A stretch of 64,000 nt of DNA. Origin: Sphyrna mokarran (taxonomy: Eukaryota). The notes beneath the pieces were generated by a model that was given only the letters and a program-made list of their open reading frames with translations, was not told where the DNA came from and made no database searches. Within the stretch, counting starts at the first letter, position 1, and each line of letters starts with the position of its first letter. Made by a program: the position numbers and the translations under genes. Below, piece after piece: positions 50,157-62,499 of this stretch. The DNA is taken from positions 42,656,001-42,720,000 of the forward strand of contig JAGIQG010000013.1 of assembly GCA_024679065.1 (NCBI GenBank). The letters are read 5' to 3'.

Positions 50157-51699
50157 TTTCAAGATACAAAATCCTACTAATTCAAATCTCTGAATTCTTG
50201 ATTTTTAACACAAAGTTCCTTAGTGTTAAAATTAAAACTTGCCTAATGGACTATGCATAACTAGTTTTCTAAATCAAGAAGAATTTATTAAACAAGTTTT
50301 TACAGTGAAGTAAATATGTAACCTTATTCCTCAGGTTCCTAGATTTCTTGAACATCGCCAGCACAAGTAATGTATTTCTCTTCTTCTGTCTTTGCAGAAA
50401 TATTGAACTGTCTCTTAAAAGAGTCATAGCAGGGAAGCCATGGTGACACTGTGCCAACAAATATTCCAGTTTTCTGATATCTCACTATTCAGAATTCCTT
50501 ATTTGCAAACAGTCTGAATTCCAGTCTTCCACTGGCTTAGGGTGAAGATCATCTGATGTAGCCACACCTCTGTAAATAATTACGTAGGCTAAAAACAAAT
50601 GTCTATCTCTTTTCCCTGGTCCAGAATTCACACTTCATTGTGAGCAACTGGTATATTTCCTTTAGATACAAAGCAGTTGCAAACAAAGTCAAATTTTAAC
50701 CCAGGTCCCTTAGAAACTAAAACTATTAAGTATATATGTTAAAATACCTCCCAGCAAGTCAAAACAAAATGAAAAATTTACCTCTAATACAGATATTCTT
50801 CCCTCCAAATATAGTAAATCAATGCAACAATTCTGTTTCAGATAGTGTCAGCGTCATCTTAAGTTCATGCTACTTTTTAGCCTTTTTTTTCATAGCTTTA
50901 AAAAGACTCTTGCCCACTGTACAATTAAGACAAGATACAACTGCTGTCAAGCAGCTTAAAATGAGAAAACTATTAAGCATAGTTTCTCACAAATAACAGC
51001 TGTTGTCCTGCAAAATATCTCCAACTACCTTGACTGCCCATTGTCTCACCAAAGAAATTCAGATGAAACTTTTGAAAGTGGTTACAAATAAAATGCATGG
51101 ATGTTACATCAGACCAACAATGAACCCCAAAAAATTGTAGTATTATCAGAATCTTGCATGGCTGTGTCAACTAGAAAGCCTACTATTTCCTGCTCTATAT
51201 CTGAAGGAAATACACCAGTTGCTCACGATAAAGTGTGAACTCTAGACTAGGGAAAAGGGATGGGCATTTGTCTTTAGCCTACATAATTATTTACAGAGGT
51301 GTGGTGACATCAGATGACCTGCACCCTAAGCCAGGGGAAGAGTGGAATTTAGACTATTTGCAAATAAGGAATTCTGAATAGTGAGAAATCAGAAAACTGA
51401 AATATTTGTTGGCACAGTGTTACCATGGCTTCCCTGCTATGATTCTTTTAAGAGACAGTTCAATACTTCTGCAAAAACAGAAGAGAAATACATTACTTAT
51501 GCTGGCAATGTTCAAGAAATCCTAGGAACCTAAGCAATAAGGTTTCATGTTTTCTTCACTGTAAAATCTTGCTTAGTAAATTCTTCTTGATTTAGAAAAC
51601 TAGTTATACATAGCCTATTAGATCAGGCACCACTAAGAGCCCTTGTGTTAGAAATCAAGAATTCAGAGATTTAAATTAGAAGGATTTTATATCTTGAAA
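50157..51699. repeat. Long inverted duplication: arms 50157-50676 and 51190-51699, spacer 513 bp
   Basis: Arms align end to end as reverse complements, roughly 85-90% identical by eye. Confidence 0.95.
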
Positions 51700-52744
51700 C
51701 CCTCAACCCTTGCAGATATATGCATTGATCAAAGGGACTCCTATGTCCAGTTGAACAATTAGTAATTTCTCAGACCTTGGGGAATGTTAGTACCCTATTA
51801 ATTTGTAGTGCTGTGTTCTGTCACAGTTGATAATTTATGCGGAGGTAGATGAGCTTGTTAGCTCCTGAGAACAAGATTAAAATGCATAGTACTGTCAATA
51901 TACTGTACAAAGGAGAATGTTGCATGTACTCTGTTGAAATGGTGTGGGTTAGGTTTTGTCAGAGCATTCAGGAACTGAAGGCTTAAAGATGAGCCATTTG
52001 GATTTATCCCATGATCATTTCCTGAAGTGACTTTTAACAATAGACTTCCTAGAATGCTTCTTTTAATCCATTTTTTAAACGTATATTTTATAACAATGCT
52101 TCTGAATGCTGCAATTGATATTGGAATATAGCAATTTCTTCGTGGATTCCTCTGTTTCTGTTATTTCAAGGAAGAAGAAAGCAGGAAATTGAGGTATTTG
52201 ACAGCACCAGAGATGTGGACCAGAATCTTTTGCCCCCACTGATGATGAGAAAGCAAGCAGAAGGCATTGAAATTTGCTTTGGTGATGGGACTGATAGCCA
52301 ATATCTTTCTGCCTCCATTGGTCCCGCATTCACTTGAGATAATTCATGACCACTTACCAGCCTTTTCTCACCTCTTCTGCAAAGTCTGCAGCTCCAGTCA
52401 GGTCTGCCAACATGTGACTTACATAACTGGTAAAGTCATGGGGCTGGATGTCAGTAATCTGTGCATGGTCAACAATATGGGCATAGGGAAGGGGTGTGGT
52501 GCTGATAGATACCCCTTCCCCTGTCCTTGCTGCCAACTCCCATGAAGATATCAAAACGTTGTTTGCGCATTATCCACCAGGACAAATAACAAAGGAATGG
52601 TGTTATTTCCTTCCCCTTGAAAACCAGCCACAGATTTAGAGAATCTTGCAGCTTGTCCATGTGACAAGATAGTATTAATAGCACCTACACGGCCACAGTA
52701 ATCCCACAAATGATGCCAGGGCATTTAAGAACTGGACAAAGATG

Positions 52745-53297
52745 CAGAAAGGTGCTTTCTCAGAAGACAAAGGAAATTTGGCATGTCAGCTACGACTCTC
52801 ACCAACTTTTACAACGCACTGTAGAAAACATCCTTTCTGTTCATATCCAACTTGGTATGACTCCTGCTCTGCCCAAGGCTACAAGAAACTACAAAAGGGT
52901 CTTGAACCCAATCCATCATGCGAACCAGCCTCTCACCCATTCACTCTGTCTACACTTCCTGCTTCCTTGGTAAAGCAGCCAGATAATTAAGGATCCCATG
53001 CACCTGGATATTCTCTTTTCAACCTTCTTCCATCAGGAGAAAGAAACAACAGTCTGAGGTCACATACCAACCAATTCAAGAACAGCTTCTTTCCTGCTGC
53101 TGTCAGGCTTTTGAATGGACCTACCTTGCATTAAATTGATCTTTCTCTGCACACTCACTATGACTGTAACATATATTCTGCACTCTCTCATTTCCTTCTT
53201 TATGAACGGTATGCTTTGTCAGTATAGTGCACAAGAAATGCTACTTTTCACTGTATATTACTACATGCGAGAATAATTAATCAAATCAAATCAAAAT
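52745..53297 (+). mobile_element. Rex1/L2-group LINE 3' end (partial second copy at 53650-53780)
   Basis: Decayed VENIL...TWYDSCSAQGYKKLQ; ends taatcaaatcaaatcaaa. Confidence 0.8.
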
Positions 53298-54074
53298 TGA
53301 TATCCAAGTCATTAATGACAAGTTTAAGGTCATGCAAGTCAATGCCTATTTCCCAGGCTACAGTTATGATGCCCCCTTTTTAAAGCAATCCTGACATTGC
53401 TCATTTGAAGAACAATGAACTTGGAAACTAAAGCTACTTTTTTAAATCCCAGCACATGATATTATTAAGACAGTTGTGAACAATAACTAAAAAGATATCA
53501 TGACCCATTCAGCCACCAAGATTATTTATGATATACATGGGTCTCTTGAAGCAAGGCTTCAGATATTTGTACAGATTAGGGACATTTTACAATAAATATC
53601 TGCTGAGTGCTCCATAACCTTGCTAATGTCTACAGTCTATTTGCAATTCCTGTTGCCTCACCAAAGCAGCCAGCATAATTAAGGACCCCATGCACTCGAA
53701 CATCCTCTTTTCTACCTTCTTCCATCGGGAAAAAGAAACAAAAGTCTGAGGTCATGTACCAGCAGACTCAAGAATAGCTTGATATAAGACATCTTCTGCA
53801 ACATAGTCCAGAGTGCTAAATCCTCTGCAATAGTAGAAGGTTCACTTTCACCATCTCAAGAGCAACTGGACTTGGACAAAAAGTGCTGGCATTTCCAGCA
53901 TGGAAACTGCATAGATATTTTGGAAAGGTAAAGAAAGTTCAGGGTGATGTACAACTATTTAACTGGTTTTCTGGTTGTTGTTATTTGAGTGAAAGGACAT
54001 GCATCACGCAAGTAGATCCTGATAAAGAAAATGAATACAACTGTAATTACGAGAAATGTAAAATAAAGTTCTAG

Positions 54075-54400
54075 GTTTTCATAGCATAGAAAGAGGCCCT
54101 TCAGCCCATTGAGTCTGCACCGAACACAATCCCATCCAGGCCCCACCCCCATATCCCTATATTTTTTTACCCACTAATCCTTCTAACCTACACATCCCTG
54201 GACACTAAGGGACAATTTCTTAGCATGGCCAATCAACCTAACCCTGGACATCTTGGACTGTGGGAGGAAACCAGAGTACCTGGAGGAAACCCACGCAGAC
54301 ACGAGGAGAATGTGTAAACTCCACACAGATAGTGACCTGAGCCAGGAAACGAACCCAGGACCCTGGAGCTGTGAAGCAGCAATGCGAACCATGCCACCTA
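54075..54400 (-). mobile_element. Full-length HE1-like V-SINE
   Basis: Reverse complement of the 16580-16915 type over its whole length. Confidence 0.9.
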
Positions 54401-55099
54401 AATGGGCCCAGGTTTTCCTGCTTTGTCTTCTAAGTTTTCAATGGACATAGGGCAGATGAGTGTGGAAATGGGCTTTGATCCGTCCTCACCTTTGCCATTT
54501 TCTACAAAGAAAGATCAAGAATTTGGCAAACAAATCATAGCTTAGGAACTATGACCTTCACAGTGGTTCCCATCATTCGCTGTGTTTGAAAGCTGGATAC
54601 ATTGGCTGCCATCTCAAGCTCAAATCTTATTGGAAGGTCCTCAAGATTCATTGGAGAGAAATAAATACCACCATTCTCAGGTCTTACCTAAGCATAGATC
54701 CTGAAGGTAGTAAGTAATTTTAATGATTTTGATTTTCTCGAAGAGCTTCCTTTCTTTCTTTCTTACTTGCTATGACATCCCCTACAACTGGGGATTAATA
54801 TTTCTGCCCTGTTTCAGCACAACTGCCTGGAGGAGACTAGTAAAACTGCCTTTAGTATGGTTGGAGTTACAGGATTGGGAACCATTGCCATGATAACAAG
54901 GAGGCTTGCCTCTTTCAACATGTTCCCAGTCACAAGACAAAACAATGCCTACATGGGAATTTTTTTTTTCCCTATTGCAGGTGTTGACGTAAATGTAGAA
55001 TGAGTTCTGCTCGTGCTGGTAACTGATGATACTGAACCCAAGAGGATGCTGAGAGTACATCCATGAAATACCTGGACTCCAAAAGGTAAATTACAAGAG

Positions 55100-55495
55100 A
55101 AATAACAGAAACTATAGGTAAATTCCTGGTATTTCCAAGATTGTGTATGATCTAGCTGAAGACTTCAAGATATTAGGGGGGAATAGATGAGTAGATATGG
55201 AGAAATTTTCCACTGGTTAGAGAGTCTAAGACTATGAGACATGCTCTACAATTCAAAGCCAGGCCTTTCAGCTATGAATTTAGGAAGTGTTTCTACACGT
55301 CAAAGAAATGGGAGAAGTTTGGAACTCTCTGCCAGAAATTGCAACCGATGCTAGGTCAATTGTCACTTAAAGATCTAAAATTGGTACATCTTTGTTAACC
55401 AAAGGCATTAAGGAATATGAAATTAGGTCACTGGTCAACCTTGAATGGCAGCAGACCAAGCTTGAGGGAACAAGTGGCATCCTCCTGTTCTTATA
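55100..55495 (+). mobile_element. CR1 LINE 3' end, decayed
   Basis: taggaagtgtttctacacg...gtttggaactctctgcc...cctcctgttcttat. Confidence 0.7.
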
Positions 55496-55723
55496 TGCCA
55501 GCTTAAGATTAAATGAACTATATCACCTTTTAATACTCTGATTTGTAAAGCTATACTTGAGCACAAGAACTTAAAAATATTTTTACCATTTGGTGTGAAT
55601 TGTAATTTTCATATTTGAAGCATTTTAAAGGACTATATTTGTATTTCACTCATTCACAAAGTGTGGGCATCACTGGCTATGCCAATATTTATTGTCCATC
55701 TCAAGGGAAGTTTGGAATGAACC

Positions 55724-56065
55724 AGGCAGCATGGCAGAACAATGGTTAGCACTGCTGCCTCAGCGCCAAGGATCCAGATTCGATTCTCAGCTTGGGTCAC
55801 TATCTGTATGGAGTTTGCACATTCTCCTTGTGTCTGTGTGGGTTTCTTCCAGGTGTGCTGGTTTCCGCCCACAGTCCAAAAATATATGGATTAGGTTAGA
55901 TGTAGGTTAAATGTACAGGCTTGGCCATGCTAAATGGCCCTTCAGTGTCAGGAGGACTAGTTAGGGTAAATGCATGGGATTGTGGGATTGAACCTGGGTG
56001 GGATTGTGATTGGTGCAAACACGTTGGGCCGAATGGCCTCCTTCTGCTCTGTAGGATTCTATGAT
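55724..56065 (+). mobile_element. Full-length HE1-like V-SINE
   Basis: ggcagcatggcagaacaatggttagcactgc, core, tail ggcctccttctgctctgtaggattctatg. Confidence 0.9.
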
Positions 56066-57929
56066 TAGTACTGGTCTTGTCAGCGATGCCCACATTCCAT
56101 GCACAAATGAGAAGAAAACACCAGCAAGCTGCTTCTCAGACAGGTTGTACCAATTAAATAACGGTGGATTTATGGACAAACGTTTTTGTTATCAATCAAC
56201 CTCTGTCACAATATTGAATGCATGAAAATCTTTGATCTGTAATTCTTCTAATTTATTTTTTCTTATTTCCCAATTGAGTCCCCATCTAAACAATCTCATC
56301 CTTAAGACCTATTCTCTATCTTCGTGATCCTTATGGGCAGAAATTTGGTGATATCATTTTACCAATCACCTTTCTGAAGCTGCCCAACTCTTACCAGATA
56401 TGGGGTTGGGACTTCCCTGCTAGTTTTGCCCCGAAACAGGAAAATTCGGCCTGAGGTCAGCAGTCCTTCCCATAGTCCACCCTTTGCCTGCTGCAGTTCC
56501 TATGACAGTTGGAATGGGAAGATTTGTTCCACCGTGTGCAAAATCTCATCAAAAAATTGTGGAGTCTTGTTTCCAATGAGAAAACCAGAGTGTTTCTCTC
56601 CAGTGAATCAGGTCAGTTATTTCTCCAAGTTTACAACACTCTGCCAAAAACATCAAGGCGGTGTGTTTCCACGCCAAGGTTTGGGCATGGGGGTGAGGGA
56701 TGCAATGCCTCAACACTCTGGCAGAAACCAGCTGCATTGAGATTGGGGTGCCATGCTTAAAGGGCACCCTGATCGAAGCAGCAATAAACTCGCTCACCAT
56801 GGAGTTGTTGGGGGCTCTCTTTCTAACCCCCAAACACCCCACCTATTTTAGCCAGCATGCACTCCAACCACTGCCCCCAACCCATGATCATCAGCCCCTT
56901 CCCCCTTCCCGCACAGTTAGAGCTGGCATCTACCACTCCCCTGCCAAGCAGCTTTCACTGCCATCTCCTGCTCCCCTGTTTGCTCCAACCCACCACAACA
57001 TACAAATGAATTCCTCCCCTTCTCCATGAGTCTCCCACCAGGGTGCGTTCCACTATAATCCCTGGTACACATCACTGCCAAGGTGACATGGACATGGTAT
57101 CAACCTGGCAATGCCAACTTGTGTGAAGTGGAGGTGGTAGGGAGCATTGTCAGGCCACAGTCTAACCATGTCCCTTTATCCTGGACTATACTCATCTTTA
57201 ATGAGTGTTCCCTATGACAGGTTCACATCTGGGTGAACCCCGTATAAACCCTTTGAAAACACAGAGGAGGGTTACTATCTGGCAAGAGGGCATATTAATA
57301 ACATATTTAACTGAATGTAAATCAGGTTCATGTTATGGGCATGAACCTGATGATGTCCTCGGCAATGGGGAAGGGAAGATCTGAAATCGCGATTGTCCTG
57401 GCAAGATCTACAACTTCTGCTTTTGAGCCCCTGCCAGCTTTCTCATGGAGGGTGAGAATGGGCTCAAGGTCATCTCCCTTGTATCAAGAATCATCTTGGA
57501 TTTATTGTAGGCTCACCAGTGTCCAACTACAAAATTGAAGCAAGGTCAAAATCTAAGCAAGGTCACTGCTGTAACAGCTAAGAGAAGGCTGGGCAGTTAA
57601 AACCGGAAGTGTAGTCATCACGCTGTGCTCAATGCCTTTCTTACCTGCTTGGGCAGAATCTGATGCTTGGAAAACAACTGAAGTAAAGGCTCGACTGGCG
57701 GTTGCAATAGTTCCCTATTCTTTTCAGAAGAGCTTCAGTACAGCTGTCATCATTTCCTCAGCTTCGACTGAGTGACCGTGGAAAGCATAGTAACCTATGC
57801 TAAGGAGAGTTTCACAATTTTCGGTTACTCTTCGGCCCGGAATTTTTGCCATGAAGGAGAGTCATAGAAGAGAATGGGTTGGGGAGGGGGGGAGGTGCAG
57901 GGAAGTGTTGTGCAGGAAGAGACAATAAT

Positions 57930-58689
57930 CTGCAAGAGACAGGAAGGACAATAATCTTCCCCATTACTGTCAAAGCAATGTCATGACAATGGAGCAAATC
58001 ACCAAGAAGTACTATGTGAAAATTTACTAATAAACTTTTTATATTTTAGTCATTAACTTGCCTCAATCGTGTTTCATTGTTATCTTACTGTTTAAGATGA
58101 TCATGATCAAGAGCAGCAAGGAACACGGAGAATGAACATATAGAAGATACTCATCAGTTTAGGTTCAAAGGTGTAATTCAAAACTGAATTCTAAAGGGAA
58201 AGGATTCAAATTCCTGAAGGAAAGAGTTATCCATGCTATTGTGTCAGATCATCATGCATGCTCTGCCTGCAGTTATTCTGTTGAGGATTTTGTTACCAAG
58301 CAACAAAGTCCTGCGAAAGCAAATTTTGCAAAGCAATTTGACCATGGAATTGTTAATTATTAGGTAGCCTGTGAAGAATGTCAAGCAAATAATAAAAAGC
58401 ATTTACTTGAAGATGGGGTGGGGTAAGAACATTTCTTCTTAAATCTATTGTTCTACTGCAAAGCAATGTTCCTGACAATTTAACCCTTTTTGTGATAGAA
58501 TCTGCCAGACACTTCAACAACTTTCCTTAAGATCAATGGAAACATTTCCTACATTTCTAGTTTGATCTTTTTTCTTAACAGTCTTTAAGCAAACTAATTT
58601 AATGTAGCATTTCTTGGCGATTTACTGCATTGTCATAATACTGCATTGACAGTAATGGGGAAGATTATTGTCCTTCCTCCCTCTTGCAG
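57930..58689. repeat. Short inverted duplication: arms 57930-58014 and 58605-58689
   Basis: 33 bp perfect core, 57941-57973 versus 58646-58678, within ~85 bp arms. Confidence 0.9.
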
Positions 58690-58864
58690 TCTAAGGATTC
58701 ACCTTCCCTTAATTTCAATGAATCTGTCATCCTCCTCTTCATTTTTTTTAAAATTCCATCTAGTTAAGGTTTAACATTTGGATTTTAAAGATGCAAAAGA
58801 AGTATACAAAACACAAAGTTTTGTACAGCATTTAACTCATCATCAGTTTGTGGTTCTTCAGAGA

Positions 58865-58956
58865 ATAAGAAGTGTCACAACATCAGGTTAAAATCCAACA
58901 GGTTCATTCGATAGCAAAAGCCACTAGCTTTCGGAGTGCTGCTCCTTCGTCAGGTA
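58865..58956 (-). mobile_element. Isolated ~90 bp Penelope pseudo-LTR end
   Basis: taagaagtgtcacaacatcaggttaaaatccaacagg matches the termini at 8281, 28366 and 60338. Confidence 0.85.
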
Positions 58957-58957
58957 A
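58921..58957 (-). ncRNA. Minimal hammerhead ribozyme motif
   Basis: Reverse complement: ttac CTGACGA a ggag cagca ctcc GAAA GC TA gtgg; CUA cleavage triplet. Confidence 0.78.
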
Positions 58958-60385
58958 ACTGCTGTTCCTCAGAGATCCATAGAACATTATAAAATATCCC
59001 TTGAATAATTTTTCAAAAAACAACACAGTATAGAAATTAGCTTCAAGTAAAGCACAAGCCATCGAAATGTACCCTGCATTTGAAAATAAGGTAGGTGACT
59101 TTTCTTTGCAAGTTCAGAGTTTGTATCCCTTCATCAGAATGCAGGAGAAATGTTTGCTGTCCTCAAGTCATCACAGAGTAAATTCAGGATCTCAGCTGGG
59201 CTGTCATGGTGTGTCGTGAAGTGAAGACAAAATATTTTCCCACACCTAGGAGATAGTAAAGAACAGATGGTAAGGTGAATTGGATTGGTGTTACAACATT
59301 GACCTATATTCTCCTTGGAGTGGATCCTAGGAAGTTGGAAGTGCAGAAGTAACCATATAGCACAAATCAAAATAGTAGATGACATTGACTTCAAATCTAA
59401 TGATAGGTTTGTGTTAATGAAGTATTTAGTGAGATTAGTCCTTTAGGTAATGTGTGCTGTGTAGTATTGCTTCATTCTGTCAGAGAAAAATTGATGGATT
59501 TTCTGCTGGAACTTGGCTGATTATTTCCTTCAGGTGCAGAATGTTCCAGATGATTATAGCCTTGTGTATTGATAGTCCAGATAAACAATTACTGGCTTTC
59601 TGAGCGTAATTGTTTGTGACAGAGGGTGACCAAATGAAATCTCCTCATGTTGCTTTGTGATGCTCAGTGTTTGTACATGTAACTAAATCCTTGAAAAGCC
59701 CCTTGATAGATCATATTAAAATTATAAAGCTGGCAGAGGGTAGTCAGAGCCTAGTGCCCACACCAAACTGACCCCTTTCAGTTAAATGTTTCACCAGAAT
59801 TATCTTACTTGTTGGAATCAGAACCATTTATATTAACCAAATGGATCAGTTAGAAGACAGGGCTAGAAACTTTCAAAACTGGTATGGTTGGAAAATGACA
59901 CTGCAGCACATTGTAACCAACAATCTCTCAGACACTTTCCTCTCTCAGACTCCCCTCAAGCACATCTTTCCACTCAGACCCTCCTCAGCAAACTCCCACC
60001 TCAGACTCCCTTCTGCCTGTGCCCTCCCCACCCCACTCATCTCCCTAGTGAAGCCATGTGCTTTGGCAGTGCCAACAAGTCACTACCCGCCCCCCCAGCA
60101 CACTGGCACTGACACATAGGCACAGAATATTGGGCTCTGAAGGGGATCAAGGAGATGGAGACAGTAGCCATTTGCCCTTATGCCACTGCAAGGATGCAGA
60201 AGAAGGGTTTTGCAAAGCCCCTGAGTGTTGGGTGGGTTTGGGTTGGGGGAACAGGGTTGATCTTGCCACTCTCCCCTAGGATGTGGGTGTTATATCTGGC
60301 CTGGATCTGAAGATCATCTCTGGCATGGTGCTCTCACTAAGAATTTTCATAACAGAAGGTTGAAGTCCAACAGGTTTATTTGGGG

Positions 60386-60422
60386 GCACAAGCTTTCAGA
60401 GCACTGCCCGTCACCAGGTGAG
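60386..60422 (-). ncRNA. Hammerhead motif with mutated core (CTGGTGA)
   Basis: Reverse complement: ctcac CTGGTGA c gggc agt gctct GAAA GC TT gtgc. Confidence 0.55.
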
Positions 60423-61627
60423 TGGGAGTTCTGTTCACAAACAGGGCATATGTAGATACAAACTCAATTCATGGACATAACACACGCCCATCAAGGACGG
60501 TGACCTCAGCACTTCACTGTACTGCAAGCCCACAGATAACTTTACAATGCCCCACTTCTCCAGCTTCTACCCTAAACATGTTAAAGAAGCCATCCCCTAG
60601 GGATAAGCTTTCCATATACATATGATCCTCCTCATTGGAGCAGATCCTAACAGACACATCCAGATGTTGAAAGATGCCCTCATAAGAACAAGATATGATG
60701 CTCGACTCATCGATCTGCATTTCTGACGTGCCACAGTGAAAAACCACAACAACTTCATCAGAAGACAAATACGAGACACAATGGACAGAGTGCCCTTCGT
60801 TGTCCAGTACTTCCTTGGAACAGCGAAGCTATGACATCTTCTACAGAACCTTCAACATGTCATTGATGAAGCCGAGCACCTCATCGAGGCAATCCCCACA
60901 CCTTTGCTTCTTTTCTTCAAACAAATGCATAACCTCAAACAGACCGTTGTCTGCAGCAAACAACTCAGCCTTCAGGAGGATAGTGACCATGACACCACAC
61001 AATCTTGCCACAGCAAACTCTGCAAGACATATCAGATCATTGACACAGATGCCATCATTTCACCTGAGAACACCATCCAGCAGGTAAACAGTACATATTC
61101 TTGCAACTTGGCTAATGTTGTCTACCTGATACGTTCCAGAAAAGGATGTCCAGAGGCATGATACATTGGGGAGACCATGCAGACGCTATGACAACAGATA
61201 AATGAACGCCACTCGACAATCATTAGGCAAGAGTGTTCTCTTCCTGTTTGGGAATACTTCAGCAGTCATGGGCATTCTCCTCTGATCTTCAGGTAAGAGT
61301 TCTCCAAGGCGACCTTCACAACACATGCCAATGCAGAATTGCTGAGCAAAAACTGATAGCCAAGTTCCACATACATGAGGATGGCCTCAACCAGGATCTT
61401 GGGTTCATGATACACTATCTGTAACCCCCACGACTTGCCTGGGCTTGCAAAATCTCACTAGCTATCCTGGCTGCAGACAATACACATCTCTTTAACATGT
61501 GCTTAACGCTCTTGCCATTCATATTGTCTGTACCTTTAAGACTTAATTATCTGTAAAGACTCACATTCCAACCATTATCTTGTAAATTGAGTTTGTATAT
61601 ATGCCCTGTTTATGAACAGAACTCCCA

Positions 61628-61665
61628 TTCACCTGATGACAAGGCACTGCTCCGAAAGCTTGTGC
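61628..61665 (+). ncRNA. Minimal hammerhead motif, weak stem II
   Basis: ttcac CTGATGA caaggcactgctcc GAAA GC TT gtgc. Confidence 0.62.
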
Positions 61666-62499
61666 TATCAAATAAATCTGTTGGGCTTTAACCTAGTGTT
61701 GTGAGACTTCTTATTGTGCTTACCCCAGTCCAACGCTAGCATCTCCACATTGTGGTGATCTCAGGCAACTCTGTGATCGATACCTGCATTCCTGCTTGTC
61801 AGCTGTAAAATTCTGCAGTGGCCAGGTCAAATACCATTTGTATTTAATACCAATGCATTAATATATTTAATTCCATACCCCTTGGTCACCTGACAGGCTT
61901 TTAAATCATAACAGCATTCCATTCTGCAGCAGAGATTTCCCCTTCTCTGTCAGAAGCTGCAAGTGTGAGCAAAACCTTTTGAGGTTCTCTAACAGAAAGG
62001 AAGTGTCAATTTCACTGATGGGAAGTAGCTCCATGGTGCACTCAACTCCAGTGTATTTACATAGTTTGGATTGACATTTTTGAGGATTCCCAGTGAGCTG
62101 AAAGCTTTGAAACTCTCTCTATTTACTGGAAAGCTGTGATCTGCCAATTTCAAAGTTCAGCACTATGAGCAAGGCATCCATTGACAGCTGTATTTATTGA
62201 CCTTACCCTTCATGCTTGAGTACATCTCAAGTGCCTCCATTGTTCCTAACTGCAGTGTTTACAAAGAAATGCGGCTAAGTTTTCTGAACACATCTTTTGA
62301 CAGCATCAAAAATAAAACGGGATTTTGATTTGCTGTCATTCTGGAAGGTCAGGATCTGATCAAGCCAGTGAGGCTGGCTCCATAGGGATTGGGGTACCAT
62401 ATTTGAAGATTTCCTCAATATAAGAAAAAATAAGCTCCTTCCCTCATTCCCTCAAAAGCTTTGGGGTGACTTCCCCACTACTGAAGTATCAGGGGCATA

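Larger units (their letters stand above)
60337..61752 (+). mobile_element. Penelope-like element, 5' truncated, with an inverted partial pseudo-LTR at 60337-60469
   Basis: FKQMHNLKQTVV...CHSKLCKT...ANVVYLIRSRKGCPEA...DGLNQDLGF; tggtgctctca (60326-60336) and tggtgatctca (61753-61763) as TSD. Confidence 0.92.
59870..62300 (+). repeat. Unclassified repeat, copy 2, split by a Penelope insertion
   Basis: Colinear with 6950-8170 on both sides of 60337-61752. Confidence 0.7.

Noticed and set aside
55020-55056. TGATGA...CTGA as a C/D box snoRNA
   Set aside because: Only about 30 nt between the boxes, too short, with no convincing terminal stem
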